Origin: Jimgerdemannia flammicorona | Taxonomy: Eukaryota | Length of the DNA stretch: 38,133 nucleotides | Direction of reading: 5' to 3' | Assembly: GCA_003990765.1 (NCBI GenBank) | Contig: RBNJ01000169.1 | Coordinates: 1 to 38,133 of the forward strand | Position numbers and translations under genes: made by a program | Shown: piece after piece, positions 1 to 12,529 of the stretch | How the letters are laid out: each line of letters begins with the position of its first letter | Numbering within the stretch: position 1 is the first letter of the stretch | The notes under the pieces: model-generated | The model's input: only the letters and a program-made list of their open reading frames with translations | Database searches by the model: none | Told to the model about the DNA's origin: nothing

Positions 1-194
1 CCCCTTTTTTTTTTTTCTTGGTTTCAATCAATTATTTTAATTGGAGTGCTATATAATTATACCTTCCGGAACACATTGCCCCACAGAAAATGTATAGTGT
101 CTCTCATTCCCCTCCTCCCAACACAAAAGAAAATTGTCCGAATGCTTTTGCTTGATATAAACATGACTCAGCTATTTTATGGCCCAAGTCTCCT

Positions 195-642
195 TCACTG
201 AGAATTATCAGAGGCCTGATCTGCAGCCCAGGGTTGTGTGGCGTTGACATACATGGTGGCACTGTCCGACACGGAGGCACTGTCCGACTTTTGATCCTCC
301 GGTGGGTTTCGCTTCCGCGTGTAGTGGACTATGACGCCCAAGAGCACGAAGACGGCGAGGATCACGCCACCGATGATGTTGCCGGCGATGTCGGAGATGC
401 CCCCCTCTGTATTGGTTGATGATAATATGCTGGGGGTGACCGAGCCGGAGCTGGTGACCGTGCTGGAGGGGGTGGAAGTATTGCTCTGGTTGACTGCGGG
501 AGCTTTGAGAATCCTATAAAATTTATGATAAAAGTAAAACGTGTGAGGGTGCTGTTGTTTGGTTGAACAATTGGCATATTCTAAACCGATTACGGTACTT
601 ACCATTGCGCTTCTGCCATATCGAATATAAAAAACTAGTCAA

Positions 643-678
<36 letters not shown>

Positions 679-2071
679 GAATGATCATGAGGTTGGGAGA
701 AAATTAAATTGGATAAGGCAAGCGGATTGGGATCTTCACATCTTATTTACCTTGTCATCGATTGTCGTTCCGTTGTTCCCACCATAGATTACAAACTAAG
801 ATAAAGCCAAACCAAGTTAATTACGCACTTCAAGAGCCAGAAAAAGAAAAAAACAAAAACCTACCGTGCTCCCTTCTTGTGCTGCACATCCTCCAATTCG
901 TGTAGATGTCGCGGGAAGAAGTGATGCGTTGATACCAGTATGGGTGATGCTCAGCACCTGCATGTTTTTCGCTGGGATAGTCGAGCTGTTTTTCAATAAT
1001 GTGCCTGTGCCCGACACTCCTGTTTTGATTTTGACCATGACGAAAAAGGTTGAATACGGTCAGCAATATTGAAAGGGGACTACCAATTCAACGACGTGCG
1101 CGACAGAGACGGTTTTACTTTACCTGGGTAAACGTACAGTTTGTTGGAGGGAGAGTGGTAGAATAGATGATGGCGGCTGACTCCTGTAGGCAGCTTCGTC
1201 GGTGACGAAACCCACGAATACGATTGCAAATCGAACATCCAAATGATCTGGTTATATTGGGAATTTGTCGCATTCACCTGCGTCACTCCACCAACCATGA
1301 ATATCATCCCGTTTGCGGAAATGGCAAGGTCTGCGGGCGACAAGTAATAAAGTGCGGTGAAATTCATTGCTGATGGTATGGACGTGTTGGTGATATGTTG
1401 TTGCCTAGTGGTCCACGTAAACGTCGTCAAGTTGAGAATGTAGATATTTGTCGCGCCAGGAGTGTTGAGCCCCTGAAAAATCCACAGCGAATCGTTCACT
1501 TGGACCATGGGTTTCCAGCAGCTGTCCCAGTCGATGCAGGAGGGATACAAACGGGAGGAGACGTTGCCGACGAGGTTCAAAGGCCCCAGCCAGCGATCTT
1601 TGGAGATGTCATAACCAATCCAATCGTTGCCACCGACGATCAGGGTCCCGTTCGGCGACACCACGCAGGGATTCAGATAGGGTTGAATGACGGTGGCGCT
1701 GCTGTTGCGGGAAGAACTAAGGAAGGTTTGATTGACGGATAGAGGGTGCCAGGTGGGCGGGCCTTTGGTGAGGTCGAGGGGGAATTCAGTGTAGGCGAAA
1801 ACGTCATAAGTGGTGCTGTTGACTCCTTCGCCGCCGAGGACGTGGAAGCGGTTGTTGTAGACGAAGGTGCAGCCATACTGGCGGGGCCCTGTTTGACAAA
1901 TGGCAAAGGATTAGAGAGCGGGAGAGAATCTCAACGAGGATGTTCTGTAAGAGTCACGAAAACATCAAACCACAAACGCGACTAACCTAGATCGGCGGCA
2001 ACCAACGTCGCGCCTAAAACCATGAAGACAACGAAGTCCAAGAGCTCTTTCGGCGTTAAACTTGTTGCCAT
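195..2071 (-). CDS. Kelch/galactose-oxidase-like beta-propeller protein with N-terminal hydrophobic segment, Ser/Thr-rich stalk and C-terminal TM helix (6 exons, apparently intact)
   Basis: ATG at 2071 (MATSLTPKELLDFVVFMVLGATLVAADLG). GT-AG introns join exons at approx. 2071-1987, 1888-1124, 1019-865, 795-751, 635-603 and 513-195 in frame. Kelch-like motifs RQYGCTFVYNNRFHVLGG, LWIFQG, IFMVGG..IWMFDL..W, FVIYGG. TM segment IAGNIIGGVILAVFVLLGVIVHY followed by RKR. Confidence 0.8.
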
Positions 2072-2254
2072 CGGAAGTATTGTCAATTGTAGAGGATCAA
2101 ACAACAATGTTTGCCAACGTGCCTGCACACTTTTCAACGGTCGATGATGGTTGTCACGCAACGGAAAGCTATATGAGTTATATAATCATCGGCAGTCTTT
2201 AGTTGCGTAATAATTTTGGTCAGTCAAAATTGGCTAATCAGAAACATGATGTCA

Positions 2255-2327
2255 CACAGCAAAAGCGACCCTAGCAATTAAACCACCGCTGCCGTAAATA
2301 ATTATTGCTAGGGTCGCTTTTGCTGTG
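2255..2327. repeat. Perfect 24-bp inverted repeat with 25-nt spacer (hairpin or miniature TIR element)
   Basis: cacagcaaaagcgaccctagcaat (2255-2278) and attgctagggtcgcttttgctgtg (2304-2327); the right arm is partly duplicated again at about 2339-2372. Confidence 0.85.
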
Positions 2328-2426
2328 CACCCATAAATTCGCTTTGCTGTGTGCCACCCATAAATTGCTAGTAGGTGGTAACCAGGTCACACAAGGCCAG
2401 CCACATACATTCTGACGACACCAACA

Positions 2427-3010
2427 ATGACCAATGACCCCACCATTCAAGGGTTCTCAGAGCCAGGTTTGTCATATCGGATATTCCTGATTACATTACT
2501 GCAACCCAGTTTTCCTCGTTTTCTTGAAACACACTCATCAATACCCTTATTCCACAACAGCACTAGCACTAAACATTGTTGCCCGCTTACGAAAGCAAAA
2601 CACCGAGTAAACCTACTCTTGCGAGCCATCCTACCCAACCTCACCTAGGGCAACCAGAGCCAGTTCATCGATGGTACCCCGCACACACACGTCATCGTTG
2701 TCGCCAACATTGTTCAACCCAAGCTGCCATTGCTGCAGGGTGTAATCCGTCGGTATTACCCAACGTGTAACGTGATAGCCCCAAAGTATAGTTTATTTAT
2801 TTATTCTCATGGTATTCGAGGCACTTGGTTATAGTTTATGGTTCGATACGATTCCTTAACCTCTGCTTTTTTTTTTTTTTTTTTTTTTTTTTTTTGTATC
2901 CATTCATCCCTCCCCACCCACAGAAAAACCCTCTGGGCAATAACCTATATCAACCGCTTTGGTGCGCCATACTTTGGTGGCCAGCAATTATGGAAGATAA
3001 ATGGGATTAG
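2427..3010 (+). pseudogene. Possible degenerate spliced gene remnant, product unknown
   Basis: Reading ..LRAILPNLT*GNQSQFIDGTPH..VIAPK splices (gtatag..polyT..cacag) in frame to KTLWAITYINRFGAPYFGGQQLWKING; it contains an in-frame TAG and no domain was recognised. Confidence 0.25.
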
Positions 3011-3166
3011 GTATGTTGATAAGGTTGGATTTGTTGGATGAGAATCGAGAGAGATGGTGCACAAGACAAGAATGGAAACATTGGTTGTGTTAAGATGGCG
3101 GTTCACCATTTGTGGCCTTTGGTTAGCTTCGATGGAGGTGAGATTATCCTGGTTTCGCATCGTTAT

Positions 3167-3338
3167 CTGTTAGTTTGTATCACAAGCAAATTTGCTTGCA
3201 AAAAAAACTATCTATAAATTTATTTACTAACTTATTTTTAAAAAAATTATCAATTTTGCCATATTATGATAATAATTAAAAAAATAAAAAAAAATAAAAA
3301 TAAAAAGTGCAGGCAAATTTGCCTGCATCAGATTACAG
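3167..3338. repeat. Small AT-rich element with diverged inverted ends, each holding a perfect palindrome
   Basis: caagcaaatttgcttg (3183-3198) and tgcaggcaaatttgcctgca (3308-3327); the outer ends ctgttagtttg.. and ..cagattacag are imperfectly complementary. Confidence 0.5.
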
Positions 3339-3574
3339 ACTATCGATTATCGACGAAAGAGTTAAGTATACTTTACCTTATTTGGTTGCTCTCGTGTTCA
3401 TTCTTTTGGAGACCTCCACACCGGTCTTGGCTACTCTAGAAGCCAACTGACGAGCCCCTTGAGTAAGGGCGAAACCGGGGATACCTTCCAACGCACTCGG
3501 CATTCTTTTCGGTTTTTTTATTTTATTTTTGTGGGTGGAGGAAGAGCGCAGGTATTGGCGATTGCTGCAGCCAC

Positions 3575-3608
<34 letters not shown>

Positions 3609-4723
3609 GAATTTCTTTCCCATTTCTCTTTCAACCAGCTCTTTCCTTTGGCAACAGCGAAAAATTTTCAATCCCTAAATGCGGCGAGTACAAGTTTTGT
3701 GGGCCCAGAACATTCCATTCCACGCTCGATCAGCATGCGAGATACCGTGTGGATATGTGCAGGATGGGGATTGTGTGGGTTGGGCCCAGGTGAACGGAGG
3801 TAGGTAGGTGAACGGGTGGAGGACGAGGTTTTTGAACGCAGATGAACACGTAAGCGTGCAGGTTGGCTTGGATGGAGTGGCGCGAACAAAGTGGACATGT
3901 TTGTACCTAATGACCCTTCAACCAGCTCCTCGCGACGCGATCCTCCCCTTTTTGAGCATGTCACACCGTCCTCTTCCGGTTGGCTTCCTCGTCTTCCCCT
4001 CATTGTCATAACCCCGGTCACCACCGCCGGTCACACAATCATTCGGTATCATGGTCCTCACCACTGGTAGTGCATTACGGGCGGTTCTGAGATGGGTCCG
4101 TTGAGGCACAATGCAAAATGGTGGAGGACGTGCCGAGGGAGACGGTTGAAGAGCAGGTGCGTGGGTTAGAAAGTTGGGCTGTGCCGAGAAAGCGGATATG
4201 AAATGGTGGATGTGGCAGAATAGGACGAGCGCGGCTGGATGCGAGGTGGAAAATTAGGACGGTCGTGCCGATCGAGGAGCTGGATGCGATCTTGGGGAGA
4301 TGCACATGCGCCAGCACGGAAACAGCCCTCTGGACATGCGACCGCGTCAACTTGTTGGGATCGGACAATCTCTTGCATCGTTTCCAATGGGGTTTGTAAC
4401 TTTGAAGAAAAGAAGGTTTATTTTATTTTATTTTATTTTATTTTTGCGTATAGAATAAACGAATATGTGGCTCCATGCTACAAAATTTTCCAGTCAGCTG
4501 AGGAGTGAGGACTTGAAAGATGTCGATATAATGGCCACATGGTCGGAATCCATCGTCACATTGGTGGATGGGCCTCCTGGTAAACAGATACACGCTGTAC
4601 AGGAGGCTGAGAAGCTCCCATAGCATCCACCAAAATATACATGACGACATACCTGGTGCTACTCCACTCTACTCCCCAGCGCCAATCATCGATGTCGATA
4701 CCACCGAAGCCGTTGACTCCTTT

Positions 4724-5770
4724 CTGGGCCATTCTTTAAAGGTGCGTAGAGTCGCTCGGTAGCCTTTCGGGTTATTGGGTCATGCTGAGAATGAAGTTTT
4801 CGTGGGTTATCATTTCATGTCTGGATTCTTCATTGAACTCTGACAAGAGTTCAGTCTGCAGGAAAGTGGTAAGGTTGCTCATTGATCTTTGGGGTCGACG
4901 AACAAACCGGACAAACCACACAAACTGGTTCTATAAAACTAAGTCACCTTCCACGTGATTGTTTCTATGCACTCTACCCTTTGCAGTCGTTTGAGTGCAG
5001 AACAAAAAGTCGTTTAAAATGACCAGTAGATACTTGAAGTTTACGCCAATTAGTGCTCTCAAATGAATCAAATTAATTCAAATTGAATCAAATGGAGGGT
5101 CATTGGAATCAAATCAAATTGAGGATTTTTTAATTTGAATAAAATTCAAATCTAATTAAATTTGAATTGAATTGAGGATCTGATTCAAACCCTATTTTTT
5201 GAAATGTAATAACTTGATAAAAATATGTCCAAATTTAATAAGCTAAAGATCATTAAATTTGGACATATTTTCATTGAGTTATTATATTTCAAAAATAGAG
5301 TTCAAATCAAATCTTGAATCAAATTGAATTTGGGTCAAATTCAATTCAATTCAATTTATTGAGAGCACTAATACCAATTGTATATATTTTGGCAATAGCT
5401 ATTTTGCTATTAGAGAATAGTTCTATAGAATTCTATTAGTTCTTTCAATATTTGAAAAAACAGATATTGGTATATTAATAACTATTCTCTAAAAACAAAA
5501 TTTTCTTTTCTTATCTCATTTTGTTATTTATCATATAAAAGAACAGTCTGATATATAGTAAAAGCCCTTAACCATAGTTATATTCTTTATAATAGTATAA
5601 TGGTAGTATGGTATTTTGTCTTTGAGTATTATAAATAAAAAATAAAGAATTATATTTAAATTGTTAAATCCATAGTAATGGTCTCTTTCTGTTCTTTTTT
5701 ATTATAAAAATTAAAATAAAAGTAATTAGGTTAATATATAAAGAAATAAATATATTATATATATATACTA
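4724..5770 (+). repeat. Left arm of a long inverted duplication (interrupted by the MITE at 5051-5370)
   Basis: 4724-5050 is the reverse complement of 22871-23179 (e.g. ctgggccattctt..gtcgctcgg..gggtcatgctgagaatgaagttttcgtgggtt). 5375-5550 pairs with 22695-22875 and 5555-5760 pairs with 15490-15730. Confidence 0.9.
5051..5370. mobile_element. hAT-like MITE, family A, copy 1
   Basis: TIRs tagtgctctcaa / ttgagagcacta; subterminal aattg/aatca repeats; 8-bp TSD acgccaat (5043-5050) vs ataccaat (5371-5378); absent from the inverted partner near 22871. Confidence 0.85.
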
Positions 5771-8700
5771 CTGATTTTAAGTAACTGATTAGTATAATAA
5801 GTTTAATAAATAACTATAAATAAAAGTCTGTATACTTAATAAAAAATACTTTTTTTTAAATTTCTATTTTAATTGAGTAATCTTTTAAACTTACTATCTA
5901 AGAGGAATATATATAACCTATTACTATAAGTGGAATATGTACTGATTATATGAGAAATACTGGTTTTTAATAGTTTGAAATTTTCTTCTTTTAACTTTAG
6001 ATAGAGAGTTAGTCACTTTGTTAAGATTTTATTCTTTAGGCTACAGACTGGAGGTTCAAATCTGACCAGATGACTTTTTGTAATTACTGATAAATACTAT
6101 ATCATACTGATATAGTTGTCACATATTGTACTAGTTTTATATAGTCTTTCTGATTTAACTATATATAGAAGGTCCAGAGAAGTTCTTTAACAAAATAATC
6201 TTTTTATCTCATTGGCTAATTATAGTATTTCTTTTCTCTCAATATTCAAAATTATATATTCCAGATAAATATATATATATATTATTTGCTATATTTGCTA
6301 TATACTCTAAGTTTAGAGCTATAGTTCCTTTCTTTGCTATAGGATAAGTATTTCTATATAGTTCTGAAAAACTATATATATATTTTCTAATACTTCTTCT
6401 TTTTTCTAAGTAGTGTTATGAGTAGAATAATCCTTCTACTTGATAAGAAAAAACTACTTAACTATTTTAGTATATTTGTAGACCTTGTGATCAAGTATCT
6501 TCTCAATTTTAAATTCTCCATAATTATTAATTCTAATTAGAAGTAGTAGTAGAACTATATATTTGGAGAATGGATTTATATAATAGTCTACCAGTTGACT
6601 GATATAGAATACTAAGTGAACTTAAATATTATAGAGAAGTTATAGCTTGTAGTTGACTTTACTAATTTTTTCTACAATTTTATATAGTCTAATTCTTCTA
6701 ATATAGAGTTTCTTGAATAATTGCTAAACCAGGATATCTGGATAAAGATAGCCTGTTCTGAGTATGACTATATCATTAATATTATAAGAGACTTCACTTT
6801 GCTTCAAGTTGATATATCTGATCTTGTAGTTCTGTACTTTTATAAGAGTATTTCTTATTATTTATATAAGATTAAAAATAGTTTTGGCTAAGTTTTGGGC
6901 TACTGAGACTACTGATTTTATAGTAATATTTGGGATCCTTAGATATTGATCATGATTTAGAAAGAATGGGGTCTTCTTCATAGAGATTTGCTGACTATTG
7001 TTATAAGTAAACTTGGTATAGGCCAGGTACTTATCCTAATTATTTTACTTATAACAGCAGAAGATACTGAGTATCTATTTAAGAGTCCTGTTGATGTGCT
7101 TAGTCTATCTATCTATCTAGAGATAGTAGACTATAGAGAACTTCAGTTTGGTACTATGGAGAGAGAAAAATATCTTCTAGAAGTTACTTGTGAACTTGGT
7201 ATCTCAGTCAGATATAATGGTACTAGATATATCATATAATCTGAATATTTGATTGAGAAATATTTCAGCAATCTCAGAGACTATAACAGTAGTTTTAGTG
7301 AGTATAAAGTAGGCTTGTTTGCTTAGATAGTCTATAAACACTATGATTGTATTTTATCTTACCTTTGTTTTGAGTAGCTGGATGATAAAGTTTATTATAA
7401 TCTGATCTCAGTTATGGCTAGAGATGGGCAGAGACAGCAGAAGTCCTACTGATAGCTTATTGTTACTCTTAAATCTTTGACATATTTTATATGAGGCTAT
7501 GAAATCTTTGATTTCCTTAGTCATCTTTGGCCAGTAGAACTCTCTTGAGAGGAGATTGTAAGTCTTCTTGAAATCAAAATATCCTACTATAGGAGTATCA
7601 TAGAGTTCCTATATTATCTTAAGTTATAGAGTATCATCTTTAAGTATTACTACTCTGTTATAGTCTCTATAAATGAGTTTATCATAATAGATAAACCTTT
7701 TAGTCATTCTTTTTATAGGTTCTGAGACTTTAGTCTTAGGGTTTTAGTAGAGTTGAAGGAATTTTAATAGAGAGCTATCTTGTTAGTAGCCATCCTTGAT
7801 AATCTGAATAAGGTCTCCAATTATCTCAACTATAAAGATAAGTTTATTTTCTATAAATCTAGAGAAACTATAAGCTATATAGTTAGTTTTGTCTGAGATA
7901 CATATACTTGATTTTTATATCAAAGTTGGTAATAATTTCCATCTAGCAGGCTTGTCTATAAATCAGCATAGGCTATATATAAATATACTATAGAGTATGA
8001 TGATCAGTATAGGTTATAAAAGGTTATTCTAGAAGAAAATAGCATTATTTCTAAAGTACAGTAATAATAGCTAAGAGTTCTTTCTCATGGTTAATATAGG
8101 GTCTTAGTTGACTTGAGCTTTTGGGAAAGATAGATTACTAGTCAATCTTCTTGGCTGAGTACTAGTCTAATAGCAATATCAGATGTATCTGTAGTCAAGA
8201 TAAATAGCCTAGTAGGATTAGGTGCAATTAGCACAGAGGTCTCAATAAGGAGTCTCTTGAGATAGTCTATAGCCTAGATATACTCAGAAGTCTATTTATC
8301 TTAATGTTTACTCTTTTGTAGACCAGACTGATCAGTGGAGCTATAATAGTAGAGTATCCTTAGATAAATCTTTGATAGTATTCTGAAATACTCAGAAAGC
8401 ACTGAAGTAGCTTGAGGATAATAGAGATAAGAATATCTTAGAGAGCTGATACCTTTTAGGAGTTTATATTAATATCTTTAGCAGAGATAATATGTTCTAG
8501 ATATTTGATCTGGTCTTGATAGAACTTATACTTACTCATTTTGATATAAAGCTAGTATTTCTATAGAAGAGTTAGTATCTGCCTAAGATAGATATAGTGA
8601 AGTTCTATAATCTTACTGTAGATTAGTATATCATCTATATATATAAAGATACAAATATTGAGTAGTGGTATTCATTAGATATTAAAATATTATTAGAATA

Positions 8701-10075
8701 TTGGTTAAACCAAAAGATATAACTTGGAACTTATAGTATTCAAAATATATTCAGAAAGCTGTCTTTTCAATATTCTTTTCATCAATAAGGATCTGGTGAT
8801 AACTATTTCATAAGTCTAATAGGGAAAAGGTCTTGGCCTTGAAGATTTTATATAACAACTTATCAATCCTAAGTAAGATATATTAGTTTTTGATGATAAT
8901 CTTATTGAGAGCTCTATAGTTAATGCATATTTATAGAGAGCCATCCTTCTTCTTGATAAATATAATAGAGACTTCAAATGGAGAATAGCTGAGTTTAATA
9001 TATCCTTGGACCAATAGTTTAGTTAACTCATCCTTGAGAATCTTGAGTTTAGATTGAGCTAACTGATAAATACTCTTGTATGGAGATTTAGATTCTAAAA
9101 TAAGATCAATTCTATACTAGATTTGGTACTTGGGTAGGAGTTCTTTGGGTTTCTAGAATATATCTTGAAATTTCTCAAATAGTTCTTGAGCTTCTAGTAA
9201 GACTGGACTACTTGGGGCTTTAGGGACTTTTTGTACAATATAGATAAAATATATGTTTTCCTTTTTACAAAGAAGTCTCTTTATTTAAATTGTAGAAATA
9301 ATCTCAATTTCTTAGTAGTTGATACTCTTCTGAGATATTAGGGTGATTTTTCTGCCTTTATGAGTCAGATTAATCTTATTGGTCCTTCAGTTGATGTCTG
9401 GATTATACTAGATCAATCAGGTCTTTTCTAGAATAATATCTTGTTCTGGGAGATCTATAATACTAAAGTCTAACTTTCTTGATATTTGTTAATCTTGAGC
9501 AATAGGTCTTTACAGATTTTGGTCAAAGGTGCAGTCTTACATCACTAAAGATAACACTTCTTTTCTCAGTAGCTGGTCTGCTTCAGACTCTAATTCTCTT
9601 GATAGTCTTGGTACTAATATAGTTTTCAGTAACACTACTATCCAATAAGTTACTGACATCTTGCCTGTGAACTTGGCCTGTAAACTTGATTCAACTGTTC
9701 TCTTTTTTGATAGTATTGAGCTCTTTATCATTATTGCTCCAATTGTCTTAATTGCTATCAGTCTTCTCAGAGTCAGTCTCTCTCTATCCTTTATAAAAAG
9801 AGTGGTCTAGTTTGAGTTTCTCAGTATATTGGGCTTAGTATTTCTCAAATTGGATTTTAAAATCCTTAGAGAGATATATATGATATTTACTAACATATTC
9901 TATGCAGTATATTTAAATAGAATAAGAGGATCATCTATATGATACATAACTATCTGTAATTCTCTTATACTAGTTTTCATCATATTTCTTTATAATAGTA
10001 ACCTTTTAACTGAGAGGTTTATTAGTTGATCTAAACTCTTTCTTACTTCAATCTGTCTGAAAGAGCTTAGGGACT

Positions 10076-10135
<60 letters not shown>

Positions 10136-10379
10136 CTTTCATTGCATTTATTTTGGAATTTACAAAACGCGAAGATAGCTTTTAGCCTCCCCGAAAAGAA
10201 AAATGAAAAAACCTCGTAGGTTCGATGTTATTATCAATACAATTTACATGTCGCGATGAAAAAACACACTAATCAAATCCTTGAAACCCTTGATCACACC
10301 ACAATATTGGTCATCGCACCCTCGACAACCGTTTGCTGGGTCCCTCGGATTCGCAATTAGTTTCGCGTTGATGATCGGA

Positions 10380-10946
10380 CTAACAATCGCTGTCAGTATC
10401 GCAATCAGTTGTGTGATGGTCGGAGCAAGATGACTCGTGGTCGGAGCATGATGTGTCATGGTCGGAGCAAGATGTTTCATGGTCGGAGCAAGACGTTTCA
10501 TGGTCGGAGCAAGACGTTTCATGGTCGGAGCAAGACGTTTCATGGTCGGAGCAAGACGTTTCATCGTCGGAGCAAGACGTGTCATGGTCGGAGCAAGACA
10601 TTTCATCGTCGGAGCAAGACATGTCATGGTCGGAGCAAGACATGTCATGGTCGGAGCAAGACGTGTCATGGTCGGATGTGTTGCAATCAGAGTAGCGGGG
10701 CTTGTGGTCGGACTCGGAGGAGTGGCAAGACTCATCGGAATCATGGTGGTGCTTCTTAATCGGATCACAAGGCTTCTTCCCCTTCTTTGATTTCTTCCCT
10801 TTGCCTTTCGGAGCGGGATGCGTAGGTTCTCCTCTATGTGCGAGGGCGGCACTATCCCTATGAGCGATGGGGATTGGGGTGGACATGACAATAGTGGCGA
10901 ACATCGCCAGAAGGACAAGGGAAACGAGGGCGTTGGAAGGCTTCAT
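10380..10946 (-). CDS. Secreted-type His/Cys/Asp/Ser-rich heptad-repeat protein (188 aa), putative metal binder
   Basis: ATG start, signal-peptide-like MKPSNALVSLVLLAMFATIVMS, Lys-rich linker, about 12 copies of SD(H/D)(E/D)(T/M/S)SC; orientation agrees with the poly(A) tail. Confidence 0.75.
   Translation of the reverse strand: MKPSNALVSLVLLAMFATIVMSTPIPIAHRDSAALAHRGEPTHPAPKGKGKKSKKGKKPCDPIKKHHHDSDESCHSSESDHKPRYSDCNTSDHDTSCSDHDMSCSDHDMSCSDDEMSCSDHDTSCSDDETSCSDHETSCSDHETSCSDHETSCSDHETSCSDHDTSCSDHESSCSDHHTTDCDTDSDC
10417..10678. repeat. 21-bp coding tandem repeat, about 12 copies
   Basis: Unit approximately tcatggtcggagcaagacgtt with variants. Confidence 0.95.
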
Positions 10947-12529
10947 GGTGATGAAGAGGAGAGGAGATGAGGGTATGAGATTGCGAAGTGGGCTGATGAG
11001 GCTGAGCTTAGGAACTTCTTTGATAGTAAGATCTTAATAGATTTTCTTAATGATTTCTTGGGCAATTCTTTAAAGTCTAAATGGTAGTTCCTAAAGACCT
11101 TATATAGGTCTTTATACATATATCTTATTAATTAGTAGCTAGTGTAGCCTTGGGTCTATATTTTTCTGGTGCTATCTAGTCCTAGTGGCTATTGCTAGAT
11201 AGGTTCTAGTTTATGGATTTGTTCCTTAAAAATCCACAGTTAGTTTTATAGTTACTCTTATCTATACTTGGTTTTGTTCTAACTTCTCAGAAGTATATTC
11301 TTGATACCATATTGGCTTGGTAATTCTATAGTTACTAAGTTGTAATACTCTTTCTTATTTCTACCCCTCTCTTATTCTTAGATAATTAAGGAAATATAAT
11401 ATTACTTAGAGACTTAGTCCAAGAAGTCTTCAGTATAAAGAAGTATTCACTTAAAAGTAGTTATAGTGACAATGTCCTTCTTGATAACTATAGTTATAGA
11501 AGACTTATTCTTAGCTATATAGACTGAATTTACCTTAAAATTCAGATTCAATAAGGAGTTTTCCTTAAGTCTTTGGAATTTATATATCAGTCTCAGTTTT
11601 AGTAGAAGTTATCTAGACTTCTAAAGTTTAGTTAGAAATACTAGAGTTACTTGGATATTATTACTAAGACTCAGAAGAATGTGTGTGTATGGTGGAGAGA
11701 CTTAATGATTATATTAAAGACTGAACTAAAACTGCTTATTTCAGATGGAAAACTGGGGGTAATTATACAAGTTGGTTCATGATTTCTGACTAAGTATGAG
11801 TGACTAATTTGGTAACTATGGATGAGTTTTATAATTATAACCTTATAATTAGAACCTTTATAATATAGGTTATTAAATAATAATCAGTTACTATAATAAT
11901 TACTGTGGTACCAGTTGTTGAAGATAGGCTAGATATTATTTATCTGTATTATTTATATCATTTATATTCTACTCATTATATTTATCATATATACTTAATT
12001 GTGATGTCATCACTGGTCACATGATTACTCATTATATCTTATTTATTATTTTATTATAGTCAGCTGACTCTCTATATAACTTATAATATACTAAGATAAT
12101 ATCTTATTAATAATAACAAAGAAAGAAAGTACTATATCAAAACAGATATGTATATTTCAGACACAGTCAGAGATATTAGAAACTGTAAAAAAGTAGAGAA
12201 AGCACTGATTCAATACTAATAAAAGAGCAACTTGTCATTATTATCTCTCTTCTACTGCTCTGTAATAGATATAATAAACTAACTTAAGATAAAAAAGATA
12301 TAAAATATAGAAAAGAGATATAGAAGATTGCCTACCAAAATCTTATAACCAGTATAGTAGTAGAGAAAGAGATCACTTATATATATACTCTTATTCAGAA
12401 GATACTCTAAAAACTTATTAAGTATATATATATATAACTCATTAGTTTCATAACTTATTGACTTATATCTTATATATTAATCTCTTAACTATTTAATTTA
12501 TATATATATATATCTTATCTGTTTATATA

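Larger units (their letters stand above)
10081..11003 (-). mobile_element. Retroposed mRNA copy (retrocopy) inserted into the gag region by target-primed reverse transcription
   Basis: Poly(T) tract 10078-10133 (poly(A) on minus strand); AATAAA on minus at 10147-10152; intronless ORF with short 5' UTR; 18-bp TSD gagcttagggacttcttt (10063-10080) / gagcttaggaacttcttt (11004-11021); abrupt GC/CpG change at both ends. Confidence 0.92.
6340..11600 (-). mobile_element. Degenerate Ty3/gypsy chromovirus-type retrotransposon (gag-pol remnant); LTRs not identified and ends approximate
   Basis: Minus-strand remnants in gypsy order: gag-like (about 9800-11600), protease region, RT FVSLYIDDILI (about 8621-8655), RNase H FILTTDTSDIAI (8169-8204) and HEKELLAI (8066-8089), integrase ISD*DTKFTS (about 7180-7216), decayed GPY motif (about 6670-6695), chromodomain GEFKIEKILDHK (about 6484-6519). 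Many stop codons. Confidence 0.85.

Noticed and set aside
3378..4387. Cluster of short ORFs, possible minus-strand gene
   Set aside because: GC-rich with one intron-like tract, but interrupted by stops and with no recognisable domain or consistent gene model.
6005..6080. tRNA-like ggttcaaatc B-box followed by ttttt
   Set aside because: The T-stem and acceptor stem do not pair convincingly; at most a decayed remnant.
5770..6340. LTR pair for the minus-strand gypsy element
   Set aside because: No matching repeat could be recognised at about 11600-12500; too decayed or truncated to call.
10417..10678. CRISPR-like appearance of regular repeats (also 14300-14580 and 36739-36850)
   Set aside because: Head-to-tail repeats without unique spacers, eukaryotic context, no cas genes.
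10244..10918. Alternative ORFs over the 21-bp repeat (224 aa minus; 116, 80 and 110 aa plus)
   Set aside because: A stop-free repeat opens several frames; only 10380-10946 has the first ATG, a signal peptide and the orientation of the poly(A).
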